NCBI RefSeq assembly: GCF_004010195.1
Contig: NC_057728.1
Coordinates: 54,149,607-54,213,606, forward strand
DNA length: 64,000 bases
DNA from: Chiloscyllium plagiosum
Taxonomy: Eukaryota
Direction: 5' to 3'
The first letter of the stretch is position 1. Each line of letters opens with the position of its first letter. Made by a program: the position numbers and the translations under genes. This document shows, in pieces, positions 11,852-24,645 of this stretch. Below the pieces are notes generated by a model. It saw nothing but the letters and a program-made list of their open reading frames with translations, made no database searches and had not been told where the DNA came from.

Positions 11852-12289
11852 CATTGTGTGCCTGCATAGTTTCCTTTTGGGTGCTCCAGTTTTCTCCCCA
11901 ACAAGAAGTTTGGGCAGTTGAGCAAGGCTAATCCACCTGTCCAGTGATGTGCAGACAGTGGATTTGCCGTGGGATACTGTTCAGGGGGTCGGTGAGGGCT
12001 CTGGATGAATGGCTGCTTCCATACTCTGGTGATTGTAATGAAAATTGTACTAAGTCTGAAAGGTAGTATACACATCAAAGTTCACTTTATCCCCAATTTG
12101 GAATAGCATTCAACTTTTTCATGTGGTTTGCGTAATTTGACCAATTTCCCCAACCACCATTTTTTTTTTTTTGCTATTTAGAGCAAACCGTTGGCATGAA
12201 GTTTTGGTAACCTTACTACAGTGTAAACAGCAGTGGCAACATAGCCAATTAACTTCCTATGACACAAACCTAGAAGGCAACTGTAAAAG

Positions 12290-13190
12290 ACCATAAGGGT
12301 GCAGGAGTAGAAGTAGGCTATTCAACCCACTGAATCTGCTTTGCCATTTTAATTGATTATGGCTGATCTGATCAACTCTACTTTCCTGCCTTTTTCATAA
12401 CCCTTGATTCCCCTAATAACACAAAATCAAGTATTTAATATATTTAACAACTCTATCTTGACAGCTGACTGTAATAAAAGAATTGCACAGAATCACTACT
12501 TTCTCAGTTAAGAAATTCCTTATCCCTTGAACATGTGACCCCTTATTTTGATGCCCTCTGGTCCTAGACTTCCCCCTGAAGAGGAAATAACCTTTTCTAC
12601 ACCTACCTGTAAATCCATTTAAGAATTTTGTATGCTTCCATAAGGTTGCCCCTTATTACTAATTCCGATGAGTATAGGCCCAACCGACTGAACCACTCTA
12701 GACAATCCCTCCATACCAATAGTCAGTTCTGCTATAATGTTTTTCTTCAATGTGAACTGGCTTTAACATTGAAGAATTTAGGCCGTCCTTTGTAGAATGG
12801 GAACAGCAGGATCGGAAAATCTCATGCCCCCTTTCAACCTCCCCTGTTTTAGGGTAAATTAACCTCTAGTCTGTCCAATCTCTCCATTGAAACAGTCCAG
12901 CCTGGGCAACATCCTAGTCAGACTCCTCTGCACACTCTCTCTAGTGCTGTTGTGACTCTCCTATAATGTGGATTCCAAATTGCTCTCCGTATTCTGGCTG
13001 GAACCTAACCAACCTTTTGTTCAGTTCCAGCATAACTCCCTCATCTTTAACTATCTCTCCACTCAACTCAAGGCAAGTATATCCATGCCTTTTATAAGGG
13101 ACCAGTGTACATGCACACAGGTCTCTGCTTTGTTCTTCCCAGCATCCTACCATTCACTATAACATTCTTAGTTCGTCCTGCCCAAATGCC
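12290..13190 (-). mobile_element. Decayed CR1 LINE 3' fragments
   Basis: Tail ccataagggtgcaggagtagaagtaggctattcaacccac; remnant LVRFQPEYGEQFG. Confidence 0.65.
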
Positions 13191-14679
13191 TCAGCCGGTC
13201 TCATCCTCTTGTTTCTTTTCCATTTTCTGCTATCCTTAACTGGTTAACCACAGTTGTTTCGATCTTGCTTCCTCTGGCAGAACAATGCTCTTAAACATCT
13301 GCCATTTTTTGTCTTAATGGTATTTGCTGTTCCAATCCACCCATGTCATCTCTACCCAGCACAGTCGTTTCTGACCAAAATTCTTCCCTTTTTTTTGCCA
13401 TGTTATGGTCACTCATTCCAAATGAAACTTTTTTACTGGCATTTTATAAACTTGCCTTATTATACATCACCAGATTAAAAACTTAATTTTTGGTTAATCC
13501 CCAAGGTTTTAGGAAACTTTTCCAAATGTACTGCATTCTTAGGTTACTTCTGCCATTCTGACTCTTCTACATGAAGCCCATGGTATTTTGCCACTAACTT
13601 TATAACTTGTAATTCATTTGGAAGTATTTATAAAATTTGGTTTCTTAATGTGTATTTTTAAGTATCACTGGATAAATTCATAATTAGGATTTTTTTGTGC
13701 TAAAATGTACCTCTGCTTAGAGGAAAATTGAATGGAGCATATGTTCCCTTTTTAACAGATGATTCAGTTCCTGCTGCTTAGTGTTAAGGTAGGGAAGCCC
13801 TTTTTCCACTCTGTATTCAATCCATGCTGGCAAGCTATTTCTTAACCAATTTCTTCTGATTACTTGCTGACCATCCTCAACAACGAAGGGCAAAGTTTTT
13901 TTTTGTTTTTTCATGACTGGATGATTAGCTTTACGAATGCCCAAGTTCAGGTCATGAGAAAGGTTAGCTGATTGTTGGCATTTTAGTTAAAAGGCAATGG
14001 GATATAAAAGGACACTTTGCTAAAACTACGCAAGGCACTAGTCAGGCTAATAGGGCTCCCCTTATCTAAGGATTGATGCACTGGTATATCTCGTGGAGAA
14101 AGTTTTCGTTTGAATCTCTTCCAGCTCCAGTAAATGCCACTGTGCAAATGGGGAGGGATGGAGAATAGTTCATGTTTATAACTCCTTGAATGCAACACCC
14201 TGACTAATTATAACACCTGTTTAATGGAACTTAACATCCAGTCTGATTTTTTTTCATAAGGAGGATTTGAGTCTGGGGATTTCTCATTCTGTGCTTTTTC
14301 TGGAATGTTCCAAAGCATGGCTGCTAAATGCATGTTTGTTTATGCCAAGTTTGTCGTCATCCTTTAGAGTAAATCAAATAGCTGGGAGCTTTGATTCCTT
14401 TTCAGCTTGTATCACTCACCTTTTTAGCTATTGTTTACTACATTTAATATTCTACATTTGTGTAGAACAACAGGTTACTTACGCATGCCAAAATTGAAAT
14501 GGGTTTATCAGACTCTTCGCTCGTGCTAAGAAGCATGTAGGTTATACCTCAAAAGTCAGAATTTGACCATATGTAGCAAATATTTTGGAACTTTTTTCCA
14601 ACTGTTTAAAAATTCACTCTTAACTCTTGACTGGAAGCTTTAATTTGGAATAACTAACTGAAATGTTTTGTCTCTGCAG

Positions 14680-14877
14680 GATTATCTGGAAATCCAGTGG
14701 ATCTTGAAAGAAGACATCATGTTTTTGGAGAGAACTCTATACCCCCCAAAAAAGCAAAAACATTTATTCAGTTAGTATGGGAAGCACTTCAAGATGTCAC
14801 CTTAATTATTTTAGAGATTGCAGCCCTAATATCACTAGGCCTTTCTTTCTATAAACCTCCAGGGGGAGATGATGAAG
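14680..14877 (+). CDS. ATP2B1: PMCA exon (198 nt): [66 protein letters not shown] (TM1)
   Basis: Acceptor tctctgcag; donor AAG|GCAAGT (GC) is required to keep frame with the next exon. Confidence 0.93.
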
Positions 14878-15487
14878 GCAAGTATTCCTAATTAGTTTGA
14901 AATGTTGTGAATGCCATGTTAATTATGGCTGCTCTGGAGATGGAATACCTGCACACATCTCTAGATTTGTGGTATTCAAAATTAAATATGGTAAAAACAC
15001 AATCTCTAGAACTAGGGCAGTTTGAAACTTTTATTTCTTTTATTTTAAGACTAATATGTTGAGGGTCGTGAATTTTCAGCCTCAAAGGGTCACGAAATAT
15101 TTTGAAGGTGGAGATCAATTTCTAGGGCATCTAAAGTTATCTAGGGTATTGGAAGATGGAATTTGAAACAAAGCAGATTGCTTATTGAACAACAGTTTTA
15201 TGTGGCCAAGTGACCTTCCTCTGCTCCTATATCATATGTTGGGATGTAAACTCTTTCAATGTACTAAAATCAGACTAAAAACTACTGGTCTGAAACAATT
15301 GACAGCTTATCAATGCACTATTCCTTGAGCCTTTGTATAAGGTGACACTTTCACTTTTTGCATTATAGCCACTGTAGAGAATTTGCAGAGCTAGATTTGA
15401 GAAAAAGAACTTAACTAGTTCTATTGGAAAGGCTAAATGTGAGCTCTAGTGTTAATCTATACTCTGCAAATTGTACACTGGTTATGA

Positions 15488-15790
15488 TCTTAGATTAGAT
15501 TCCCTATTGTGTGGAAACAGGCCTTCAGCCCAACAAGTCCACATCAACCCTCCAGAGTAACCCACCCAGACCTATTCCCCTACCCTATATTTACCCCTGA
15601 CTGATGCACCTAACACTTAGCAATTTAGCATGCCAATGCACCTGACCTGCACATCTTCTGATTGTGGGAAGAAATCCAAGGAAACCCACCCAGATGTGGG
15701 GAGAATATGCAGACTCCACACAGTCACCTGAGGTGGGAATTGAACCTGGGTCGCTAGTACTATGAATTAGCAGTGCTAACACCTGAGCCA
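15488..15790 (-). mobile_element. HE1-type V-SINE
   Basis: ttagattagatt tail, gtggaaacaggccttcagcccaacaagtccac and cagtgctaac head. Confidence 0.88.
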
Positions 15791-16870
15791 AGTTGTAGAT
15801 ATTGGTTCTTCTGGAGCTATCTGTGATGTAAAAATCTGCTTCATAGGAAATATTGCTTCAAGCATCTGCAGTGAGAATATCTTGATGTGAACGCTTAGGT
15901 CTACAGTTGCACCCTGTAAGACTTTTAGCTACAATTAAATACAAAAATATTTTTGTAATGCAAAATACTTTGCTGGAAATCTGAAATAAGAACAAAATAG
16001 TAAAAGATGCTGATCAGACAGCATCTGTTCTGACATGTTAATGCTTCTGTCAGAAAACACTTCACAACTGATTACAGGCTGTTAACCTTAAAACGTTAAC
16101 TGTTTACTGAGTTGCTTCCTGACTTGCAGTGTTTTATTTGCTTACTGCTTTAACGTGAGCCTGTACGTCTTGCTGTAATAGCACACTTGTTGCCACCCCC
16201 ACCCCCACCCCCAAAGGTGACAACTATAAAAATCGCAACTTGGTTTTGCCACGAAGTTTCAATCTGTCATGGAGCTGAACTTGAACTCTCCCAAGGGACA
16301 AAATTTTGACAATTTCCAAGCCACATGCCCATGGGTAGCTAGTTTACATTTATGAATTGAAGTCTTTGATAGCTCTCTACTTGTCACTTACAAGTGAGCA
16401 TGGTGGCTGGCCACTTCTCATATACCTTTTTGTTCCAAGCAGGAAAAACCATTGGAAATAAGGCCCAGTGTACACTTTTTTTTTTCAAGCCACTAAGCCT
16501 GCTCCACCTTTTTTAGCTAGATCATGGCTGATCTACCTCAATCATTCTGCCTATCCTTTTTTTAAAACTTGGACTCTCTCCAACCCCACCCCCTGCACCC
16601 CCACTTACAGGTAATGGTCCAAAAAGATTGGTTCCTCAATTAGGCTAGTCAATTGTAGCATTGATTTAATGTAGGTCACCAATGAAAGTTATTTTCTACT
16701 AAGCTTTGAGTAATGCAGTATTTCTGTTGACTCATCTGATGCTTGGGTGATAATACAATTGGACTGGTTGAATCTGATTTTTATAGTACTTGTGAAATCA
16801 TTCTGCAACTAATATCAAAACATGAGCTAATGTCTGACTACTTATGCCTTTATAACTGTTCTTTCTGCAG

Positions 16871-17125
16871 TATGTGGTACAGTAACAGGTGGTGAAGATG
16901 AAGGTGAATCAGAAGCTGGTTGGATCGAAGGCGTTGCCATTCTTGTTTCAGTTATATGTGTGGTACTAGTTACAGCTTTCAATGACTGGAGTAAAGAGAA
17001 ACAATTCAGAGGTCTACAAAATCGGATTGAACAAGAGCAGAAATTCACTGTGATAAGAGGTGGCCAGGTTATCCAGATTCCTGTGGCAGAATTGGTGGTT
17101 GGTGACATTGCACAAGTTAAATATG
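16871..17125 (+). CDS. ATP2B1: PMCA exon (255 nt): [25 protein letters not shown]...DIAQVKY (TM2)
   Basis: ctttctgcag acceptor, G|gtaatt donor, conserved [15 protein letters not shown]. Confidence 0.96.
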
Positions 17126-17404
17126 GTAATTTTCTACTTTCACCACTTATTCTATAAACTGAGCTGGAATCTCCGATTTTAATGACTTCAAGTAAAGATT
17201 ATTTCACTAATTTATAAAATATTACTGTTGTGCCAGTGCTAGGGGGCAGTGAGTGATTTGTGGGATTGATGGTGGATTATAAATGCACAAACGCAAATTT
17301 TCATTGTACCTGGTCAGACAGGATGAGATATTTTCACGTCTCCCTCTAGCATTTGTCATGTGCTTATATTTAGATTTTAGCTTCTAGATGAGCACTGATC
17401 CAAG

Positions 17405-17975
17405 GAAGAGGCAATGGCATAATGGTATTATTGCTGGGCTGGTAATTAAAGTATCCAGGTTCAAATCTCACCAAGACATTCAGTCAAGAGTCTAATGATG
17501 ACCACAAACCCTTTTGGTTCACAAATTTCTTTCTGGGAAGGAAATCTACAGTTCTCAACACTGTAGTTGACTGTGTTGTCTTCTGAAATGTCATTCAATT
17601 ATTTGGAACAGGTCATTCAGCTCATTGAGTCCACGCTGACCCTGCCTTTTGGCCCATATAATCTCTCCAAGCACTTCTTTTATTGTACTTCTATAGTTGC
17701 AGCATTTAAAAGGCATTTGGAGGTCACATCCACTTCCTGTGGAAGTTCATTCCACACACAACTGTTTTTGGAAAAACATTGCCACTTGTCTTTATTTTGA
17801 TCTGTCATTTTTTAAAAAAATCCTGCACCCAAGGAAAAGACACCTGCCATTCACCTTTTTAATCTATATCTCTCATGATATTAAACCTCTAAGGTCACCC
17901 CTCATGCTCCAGTATAAAAGATTTGGCATCTTTTAATTCAAACCATCCATTCCTAGAAACATCCTGGCAAGTCTT
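17405..17975. mobile_element. Decayed tRNA-type SINE (+, about 17405-17590) followed by a CR1 3' fragment (-)
   Basis: ggcataatggtatt..ccaggttcaaatctcacc A/B-box-like head, then CR1-type 3' sequence. Confidence 0.55.
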
Positions 17976-18199
17976 TAAGCTGGAGAGGATAATATCATTC
18001 CTCTTGTTTCTTAGTCAAGGTTGACAACCATTACAGACAGTCTCAAGTTACATCATTGCAATCTAGCAGCAAGACAGACAGATCCAGCATGTAGTAGATA
18101 TAGGTACTTGTGCTGCAGAACCGAAAGATTGACTCTGGACTATGTGAATTCTCATGTATCTGGTCAAACAAGGGCAGGAAACCTTCTTGCAGGTTACCA

Positions 18200-20050
18200 T
18201 GTACCACTCTCCTTTGCCTGACAAATCAGTACTCCTCCATGTTGACCACCACTTGGAAGTATTGAGGGCGACAAGGGCACAATGTATTGTAAGTTGGGGT
18301 CTTTAATGTCTACCACTAGGAATGGCTCAGCAGCTGTACTAATCAAGCTGGTCAAGTCTTTAAGGAGACAACTACTTGATTTGGGGGGGGGGGGGAAGAG
18401 AGTGATTTTAAACCAGCAAAATATTTGACCTCCTCCTGACTGATCTTTGCAGTCACATCTGTCCATGACTATATGTAAGTGACCACTGCCCAATGCTTAT
18501 GGACATGAAATACCCTTTTCATATTGAGAATATCCTCCATGTTAGTGGCACTCCCATGCTGAATGGACTAAATTCACAACAGAGATAACTGCTGACGAGG
18601 CACTACAAATCATCAGAATTGTGTTCAACCTTGATGCCTGTCACATCCCTCACTTTACCATTGCACCAAGCAAGAGATTGTGTATAGATGTGCCAGAAGC
18701 AGCACCTGGCACACCTAAAACTGAAATTGTAATGCAATGGTACTTCTGCAGAGCATACATGCAGCAGACAATAAATCTAGTAATCCCACAACATAGGTAT
18801 ACAGAGCTTTGATCTATTAATTGAGGGATGATGGTCAATTAACAAATAACTAAAGACTGAACAAATCCTCCCATCCTCTGGAGGAATCCAGAGCATCTTA
18901 AAGTGATACCAGATCTTCAGGCAATTCTGTTTACACTCAGCAATATGATTTGGCTGAAAGCCATACAATTGAAGCTTTGGGCCCTGCCAGTATCCCAAGA
19001 GTAGTACTTGAGATATGGACTCTAGCTCTCTGCACCCTAAGCCATTCTAATCCAGTATAGCTGCAACACTGGCATTGACAAACTGGAAAGTGATTAGCTT
19101 GGTCTTGTCCACAAAGCAGGACAAATCCAATCTGGCCAATTAATTAAAACACCCGTGCAGTCAGCTGTGAAAATATGATACTGCTGAACAATCATTTTAC
19201 AGTACCTGCTCACCAGTGCCTCGTTTGGTTCTGGAATGAAGTATTATCCACCTTTGGATCAAGAGTGCAATGAGTCTAATTATCAGGACCCAGGTATTTC
19301 TGGTAGAATCCAAAGAAAGACCTACACCATTGACATTTGACTGGGCATCAAAGAGCCTTTGTTTATTTGAAGATGGGATTCTGGGAAAGCTGTCTGAAGT
19401 TGTCTTACACAAAACCAGATGGTTGTGATAATTGGAGGCTGCTCATTGTAGTCCCTAGACATAGGTGCAGAATTTCCTCAGGATCGTGTCCCAGGGCCCA
19501 ACCAGCTTCAGCCGCTTCATCATTCATCATGTTTCCATCTTAAGGCCTGAAGTTAGATCACTCGGTACTGAACAGTAATTATATTTGTTGCCTCGTACCA
19601 ATTCAAATGCAGCAAGGCCTGAGCAATATTCAGGCTTGGGCTGATGGTGGCAAGTATTTGCAATGAGAATCTCCACTTCGCATTCAATTTCATAACTATT
19701 ACTGAATCCCACCATTTTAACAAGTGAATTGCTGTTGTTGAGGAACTAGGATGAGCCATCTACAGTGGCTGCAAAACAAATTTTGAGGTTCTAATCTCTG
19801 TAATGAGTAGCTCACCACCTGACTCAGTAGCCTGTCCACCATCTACAGTACATTCCGTGTGATTGGATACTTGGTCAGATGACTGCAATTGCACAATATT
19901 CTACTTCAAAACCACCCTGAACTTTACTCTCTTGCAACTATTGTTAATGTACTGTACATGATGCAAACCAGAATTTTACGGAGGCTCCTTTTGACAGCAT
20001 CTTCCATACTTATCAACCCCATCACCCTGAGTAATGGGGAAGTGGATGAA
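18200..20050 (+). mobile_element. Highly decayed CR1/L2-clade LINE RT
   Basis: tttcctcaggatcgtgtcccagggcccaaccagcttcagccgcttcatc resembles GVPQGSVLGPTIFSCFI. Confidence 0.55.
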
Positions 20051-20187
20051 TGGGAATGATCCATAAGTTTCCCTCAACTGAATTCTCTTATTTGTTACTG
20101 GACCAAAGTGATGGACCTCCTAATGGAATTGGCATACCTGTAGTGGTTCAGATTGTGATTAACTTAATTTGTGACCTGGTTTTTAAG

Positions 20188-20313
20188 GTGACCTCCTACC
20201 TGCTGACGGTGTGCTTATTCATGGAAATGACCTGAAGATTGATGAAAGCTCCCTGACCGGGGAGTCTGATCATGTGAAAAAAGGCCAAGGAAGAGATCCA
20301 CTACTTTTGTCTG
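20188..20313 (+). CDS. ATP2B1: PMCA exon (126 nt): [42 protein letters not shown] (A domain, TGES)
   Basis: ttttaag acceptor, G|gtaaga donor; not present in the ORF track, read by hand. Confidence 0.95.
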
Positions 20314-21989
20314 GTAAGATGCAGCATAAAAGGTACTAAACCAACTGTTCTATACATGATAGACCACTAACTTTATTTTCCAATTGAAATGTGAAGTTGA
20401 TTCCAAATCAATCATGTCTAAACTGCTTCCTGAATGAAGGGTGAATGCAGGCAATTAGTCTCATTTTGTGTGGAAAGATACTAACTGGTTGGGTTGAAAG
20501 GTTCCGAAGGAGCAATGAAACCAGAGTTCACCACAGCTTTGGCAGCATGGCTTTAGGCAGATGGTTGGATCTACAACTCCCACTTGCTCGTAAGTGTGGT
20601 GAAATTGATAAGTACAAAAAGCTAGCTAACAATGCCAATATTGGCTTATTGGCAATGGTGGATAGACTGCACACCCTCAAATTTTGAGGAACAAACGCTT
20701 TGACATTTGTGTTAATGGTCTACCAATAAGTGGTGGAGAACAAGAAAGCCAAATGTTACGGCTATGGTCGAGGAGTGCAGTCATAACTAAGCTCCAGAAT
20801 GCCAGAATTGCACTATTTGTATTAAATGTTTTCATTAATCCAAATGATCAATGCTTTCCCTTTGTCATGAGATTTTTTACCAGGTTTCTTTAATTTTGTT
20901 TTGTTTTACAATGAAAAGCTTCCTAAAATAAGTGACAGTGATTTAATACTATAAGTATAATTGGGAATCAGTATCTTTATCTAAAAGCAGAAATACACTC
21001 AACACAAGTCAACAGAATCTGCACAGATTTTTTTAAAAAGGCGAAGGAAAATGTCCCTGTTTGATGAAGGTCTTAAAACAAACTTCACGATTTTTCAGAT
21101 CATTTTTCTTGTTTGCACTAAATTGCATGACCACTATGGACAAATGGAAGATCTTGCAAATGAGGCTTCAGTTTGGATGGAAATCAGTCTGCATCCAAGT
21201 TTTTGGATAGTGGTTGTAATTCAGCTATTCAAGTTTTACAAGCAGTCAAAATACTGATGTGAAAACTTTCAGGTTCCCATGTGCCTCAGCCAAGAGTCTT
21301 GCAGCTTTACTGATACCTCTGGTCTTTCTCTTGAAATGTTAAAAACCATTCCAACCAGGTGTTTTGAAATGGCTTACTGAAATACAAATTGGAGCACTCA
21401 AATTTGAGCTTGTTGACAAAACATTATGAAATGCAAGGTACAAAAAATTGGGTTAAGTAAAAAGGTAAAATCACCATAGTCCTCCTGAATACGAAGGCTG
21501 TGCTCATTTGGAGACCCAGCTGGTAATGTTTTAAACTGAGTCGTCATGCCTCAGGTGAGGGAAGGAGTGGAGGGGAGAATCCTTCATGATGACCTGAGCC
21601 AGTGTAGCAACTGAACCCATGCTGTTGGCATAATGCTGCATTGCAATCCAGCCATGTGAGCTAACCAACCCCCATAAAATTTGGAAAAGACACTGACCTA
21701 AACTATGGAAGCTTGTAGAATTCTGACGTTAAGATACCTGAGCTTTTGTGGATGTTGTACTTATTAATAGTTTGCTAGTGTTAACTTTATAAATGGATAC
21801 ATTTTTGTCAATTTCTGCTTTTAATACATTCTTTATATTGCCTATTTACATTTCTTCCCAACTATTAAAAGTACTCTTTGCTTTGTTATGGAGCAATACT
21901 TAGGCAATTTGATCTTTTCCTTTTGCTTATCCATTTCTACAGCAAGTTGTCAGAGAAATCCTCATCTATTTTCCTTTCTCTCTTTTTCC

Positions 21990-23720
21990 CCCCCCACCCC
22001 TTGTTCCCACCAGCATTCACATCCAGAAGATCAACTGCCTCTTCCCAGGCACACATTCCCCTCCCTTGTCCATGTTCCATAGGGACTGTTCCCTCTGGGA
22101 CCTCTGGTCCACTTTTTCCTCCATTCCCAACAACCCCATGGCACCTTCACCTACAGCCACCAAAGGTGTAACATCTGCCCATCTATCACACCTTTCTTTG
22201 TTATCCAAGGGCCCAGAGATAACTCCCAGGTGAAACAGCACTTCAACTGCACTTTGCACAATGCCCCTGGTCCAGGAACTCTCCACATATGTTTGGAACA
22301 CTACCCACACCCTCCACCACCAACAAGACTTTTGTTTCCCTGGACCCTCAATCCCTCTTCACTGTGGACATCCAGTCCTTAAATGCTTCCATCTGCCATG
22401 ACTAGGGCCCTCAAGCCCTCAGTTTCTTCCTCTCCTGACATCCCCACCAGTACCACTCCACTGACACTTATTCATTTAGCTGAACCATTCCTTGCCCTCC
22501 ATATTTTCTCCTCTTTGAATCTCCCACTTCCTCCAGATGAGAGATAGCCATGGACCCCAGCTTTGCCTATCTTTGTTGTTTGTAGAACAGTCCATCTTCA
22601 GCAGTTACTGGCCTCATTCCCAACATTATCCTCCACTACACTGACTGTATTGGTGCCACCTTGTGCTCCCACAAGGTCAGTTTATCAACTTCAATGCATT
22701 CCACCCTGACCTTGAGTTTACCTGGACTATCTCAGACATGTCCCTCCCCTCCCTGAACCTCTCCATCTCCATAAACTGTGACCGATACAACACTGACAGC
22801 TTCTACAAACCCACTGACTCCCACACTATATGAATTACATCACTTTCCACCCTGCCACCTGCAAAAATCCTATTCCTAATTCCTCCATCTGTCACATCTC
22901 CTCTCAGGAGGACAAGTTCCACTCCAGAACACACCAGATGGCCTCCTTTTAAAGACTGCAATTTTCTCTCCCATGTGGTCGATGCCCTCCAGCACATCTC
23001 CTCCACTTCCAGCACCACTGTCCTCAAACCCTATGCATTCAACTGCAACAAGGACAGAACCCCCCCAGTCCTCACCTTCTACCCCACCAACGTCCTGAAA
23101 TGGTGGAGGATGATGTGATGTATACAATCACCTACAAATGGACCCCCATCAGAGATTCCTCCCCACCCCGTCCACGTTTCGTAAAGACCATTCAGTCAGT
23201 GACTTTCTTCAGGTCCACGCCCCACCCTCCACACTTTTTTTCTTCTTCCCACAATCTCCAGTCCACTCCATTTTGCTCTCAATATGGTCATTTTCTATAT
23301 TGGGGGAAACAAAGTGTAGACAAGTGTACTACTCTGCAGAACATCTCTGCTGCCTGCCACTTTAACACCTCATCCTGTTCCCTTCCCAACATCATCTGTT
23401 TTGGGCTTGCTACAGCACTCCAGTGAAGCTCAGCACAAGCTGGAAGAATAACACTGCAGTTTCTGCTTGGGAATCCTGCAGCCCTCTGGGCTTAGTATAG
23501 AGTTCAATAATTTTAAGGCCTGAACTCTCCAAATCCATCCCCTGACCCCATGCACCAAACCTTGTTATCATAGTGTCTGCCATTACACACTACCTATTGT
23601 TGGCCTCTAACAGTCTCTATATTTAACAGCTATTTACCCTCCTAGCCAGATTGTTATCTACTCCTTTGTCTCTCCAACTGTTCCCTCTTTTTGGGCTCTA
23701 TCCCCGCATCTCATTTACTC
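21990..23720 (+). mobile_element. Decayed Penelope-like RT element (same type as 7090-8600)
   Basis: Remnants AMDPSFAYL, FYKPTDSH (22801-22825) and HKLEE (about 23435). Confidence 0.7.
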
Positions 23721-23724
23721 CATT

Positions 23725-24645
23725 TACAAGGGATCACTTGTATGACATGAGCCCAAGATTCCAGTTGAGGCCATAGCCAAGTTTGGCATCCGTGGCAATC
23801 AGCCACTCTGCCTGGATGCCTGTCCCAAAGTCCACCTTGGAGGATGGTTGCCTGAGGCAGAGTGTCCCAGACTGTTTTTGTTTCCAGACTGGGAAGGAAC
23901 ATGTCTGCCTGGTGACTGTTGTGCAGTGTCCACTCATAGTTGTCATAGCATCTACTTTGTCTCGCCAGTGTACCATGCCTTGGGGAATCCTTGCCTGCAG
24001 CCATGACCAACAATGTAGGCTGAGTCACATGAGTACCTGTCATGTAGACAGTGGATGGTGTCCCCACAGTTAATGGTAGTATCCATGTTGACACTGACGT
24101 GTCTTGCAGTAATTGCCATGACAGGGCTGTACAGCGTGGTCTATGTTGTCCTGAAGGCTGGGCAGTTTGCAGCAAGCTGTTTAAGGTTTAGTCGTTTAAA
24201 GGTCCACTTCTGTTTTTTAAACAACCACACGTGCACAAGTTTTTATGGGGTGAATTTGTATTTGCAGAAATATTTTGCAGATCTGTTCTATTTTGCTCAA
24301 AAATACAACCTGCAAGCTGTCAATGCAGGCAGTGAATTCATATGATTCTAAACTCCATTTGAGAAATAGAACCTTTTTTAAGGCATTGTCAGTCCGTCCT
24401 CTTTTTTTTTTAAACCTTAAATTACCTTGAATGTGATTTGAAAGTTCTTTTGATTTACGTATTAAAGAACCGAAATGAGAAAATGTTAAGGCTTCCATCC
24501 TTTAGAATGCAATCTAGGTTTGTTTGTATCCGAGTCACTGTAATCCTTTGCTATAAGTTGTCTTCTGGTCCTGTTGCACAACCACTTGACGAAGCAGCGT
24601 GTTCAAAGCTGGTGCTTCCAAATAAACCTGTTGGACTATAACTTA
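23725..24645. mobile_element. Penelope-like GIY-YIG fragment (- strand) joined to a + strand 3' end, related to the 4215-6031 family
   Basis: Minus strand tacatgacaggtactcatgtgactcagcc matches 5261-5289; 24600-24641 ends in cttccaaataaacctgttggactataac. Confidence 0.75.

Larger units (their letters stand above)
10118..12035 (+). mobile_element. Older V-SINE split by a CR1 insertion (pieces about 10118-10210 and 11852-12035)
   Basis: Head ggcagcatggtggctctggttagcactgctgcctca; V domain resumes as tgtgtgcctgcatagtttccttttgggtgctccagtttt. Confidence 0.7.

Noticed and set aside
13820..13900. Minus-strand LPFVVEDGQQVIRRNWL, reminiscent of a Gypsy protease end
   Set aside because: Too short and isolated to support a call.
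1..14679. First coding exon of PMCA1 (MGDM...SPNE)
   Set aside because: No matching sequence found. Both gaps lie inside transposons, so the exon is probably upstream of the window.
16842..17108. Minus-strand ORFs over exons (also 40106-40321, 56570-56824, 60419-60652, 61062-61253)
   Set aside because: They are antisense shadows of PMCA coding exons with no independent support.
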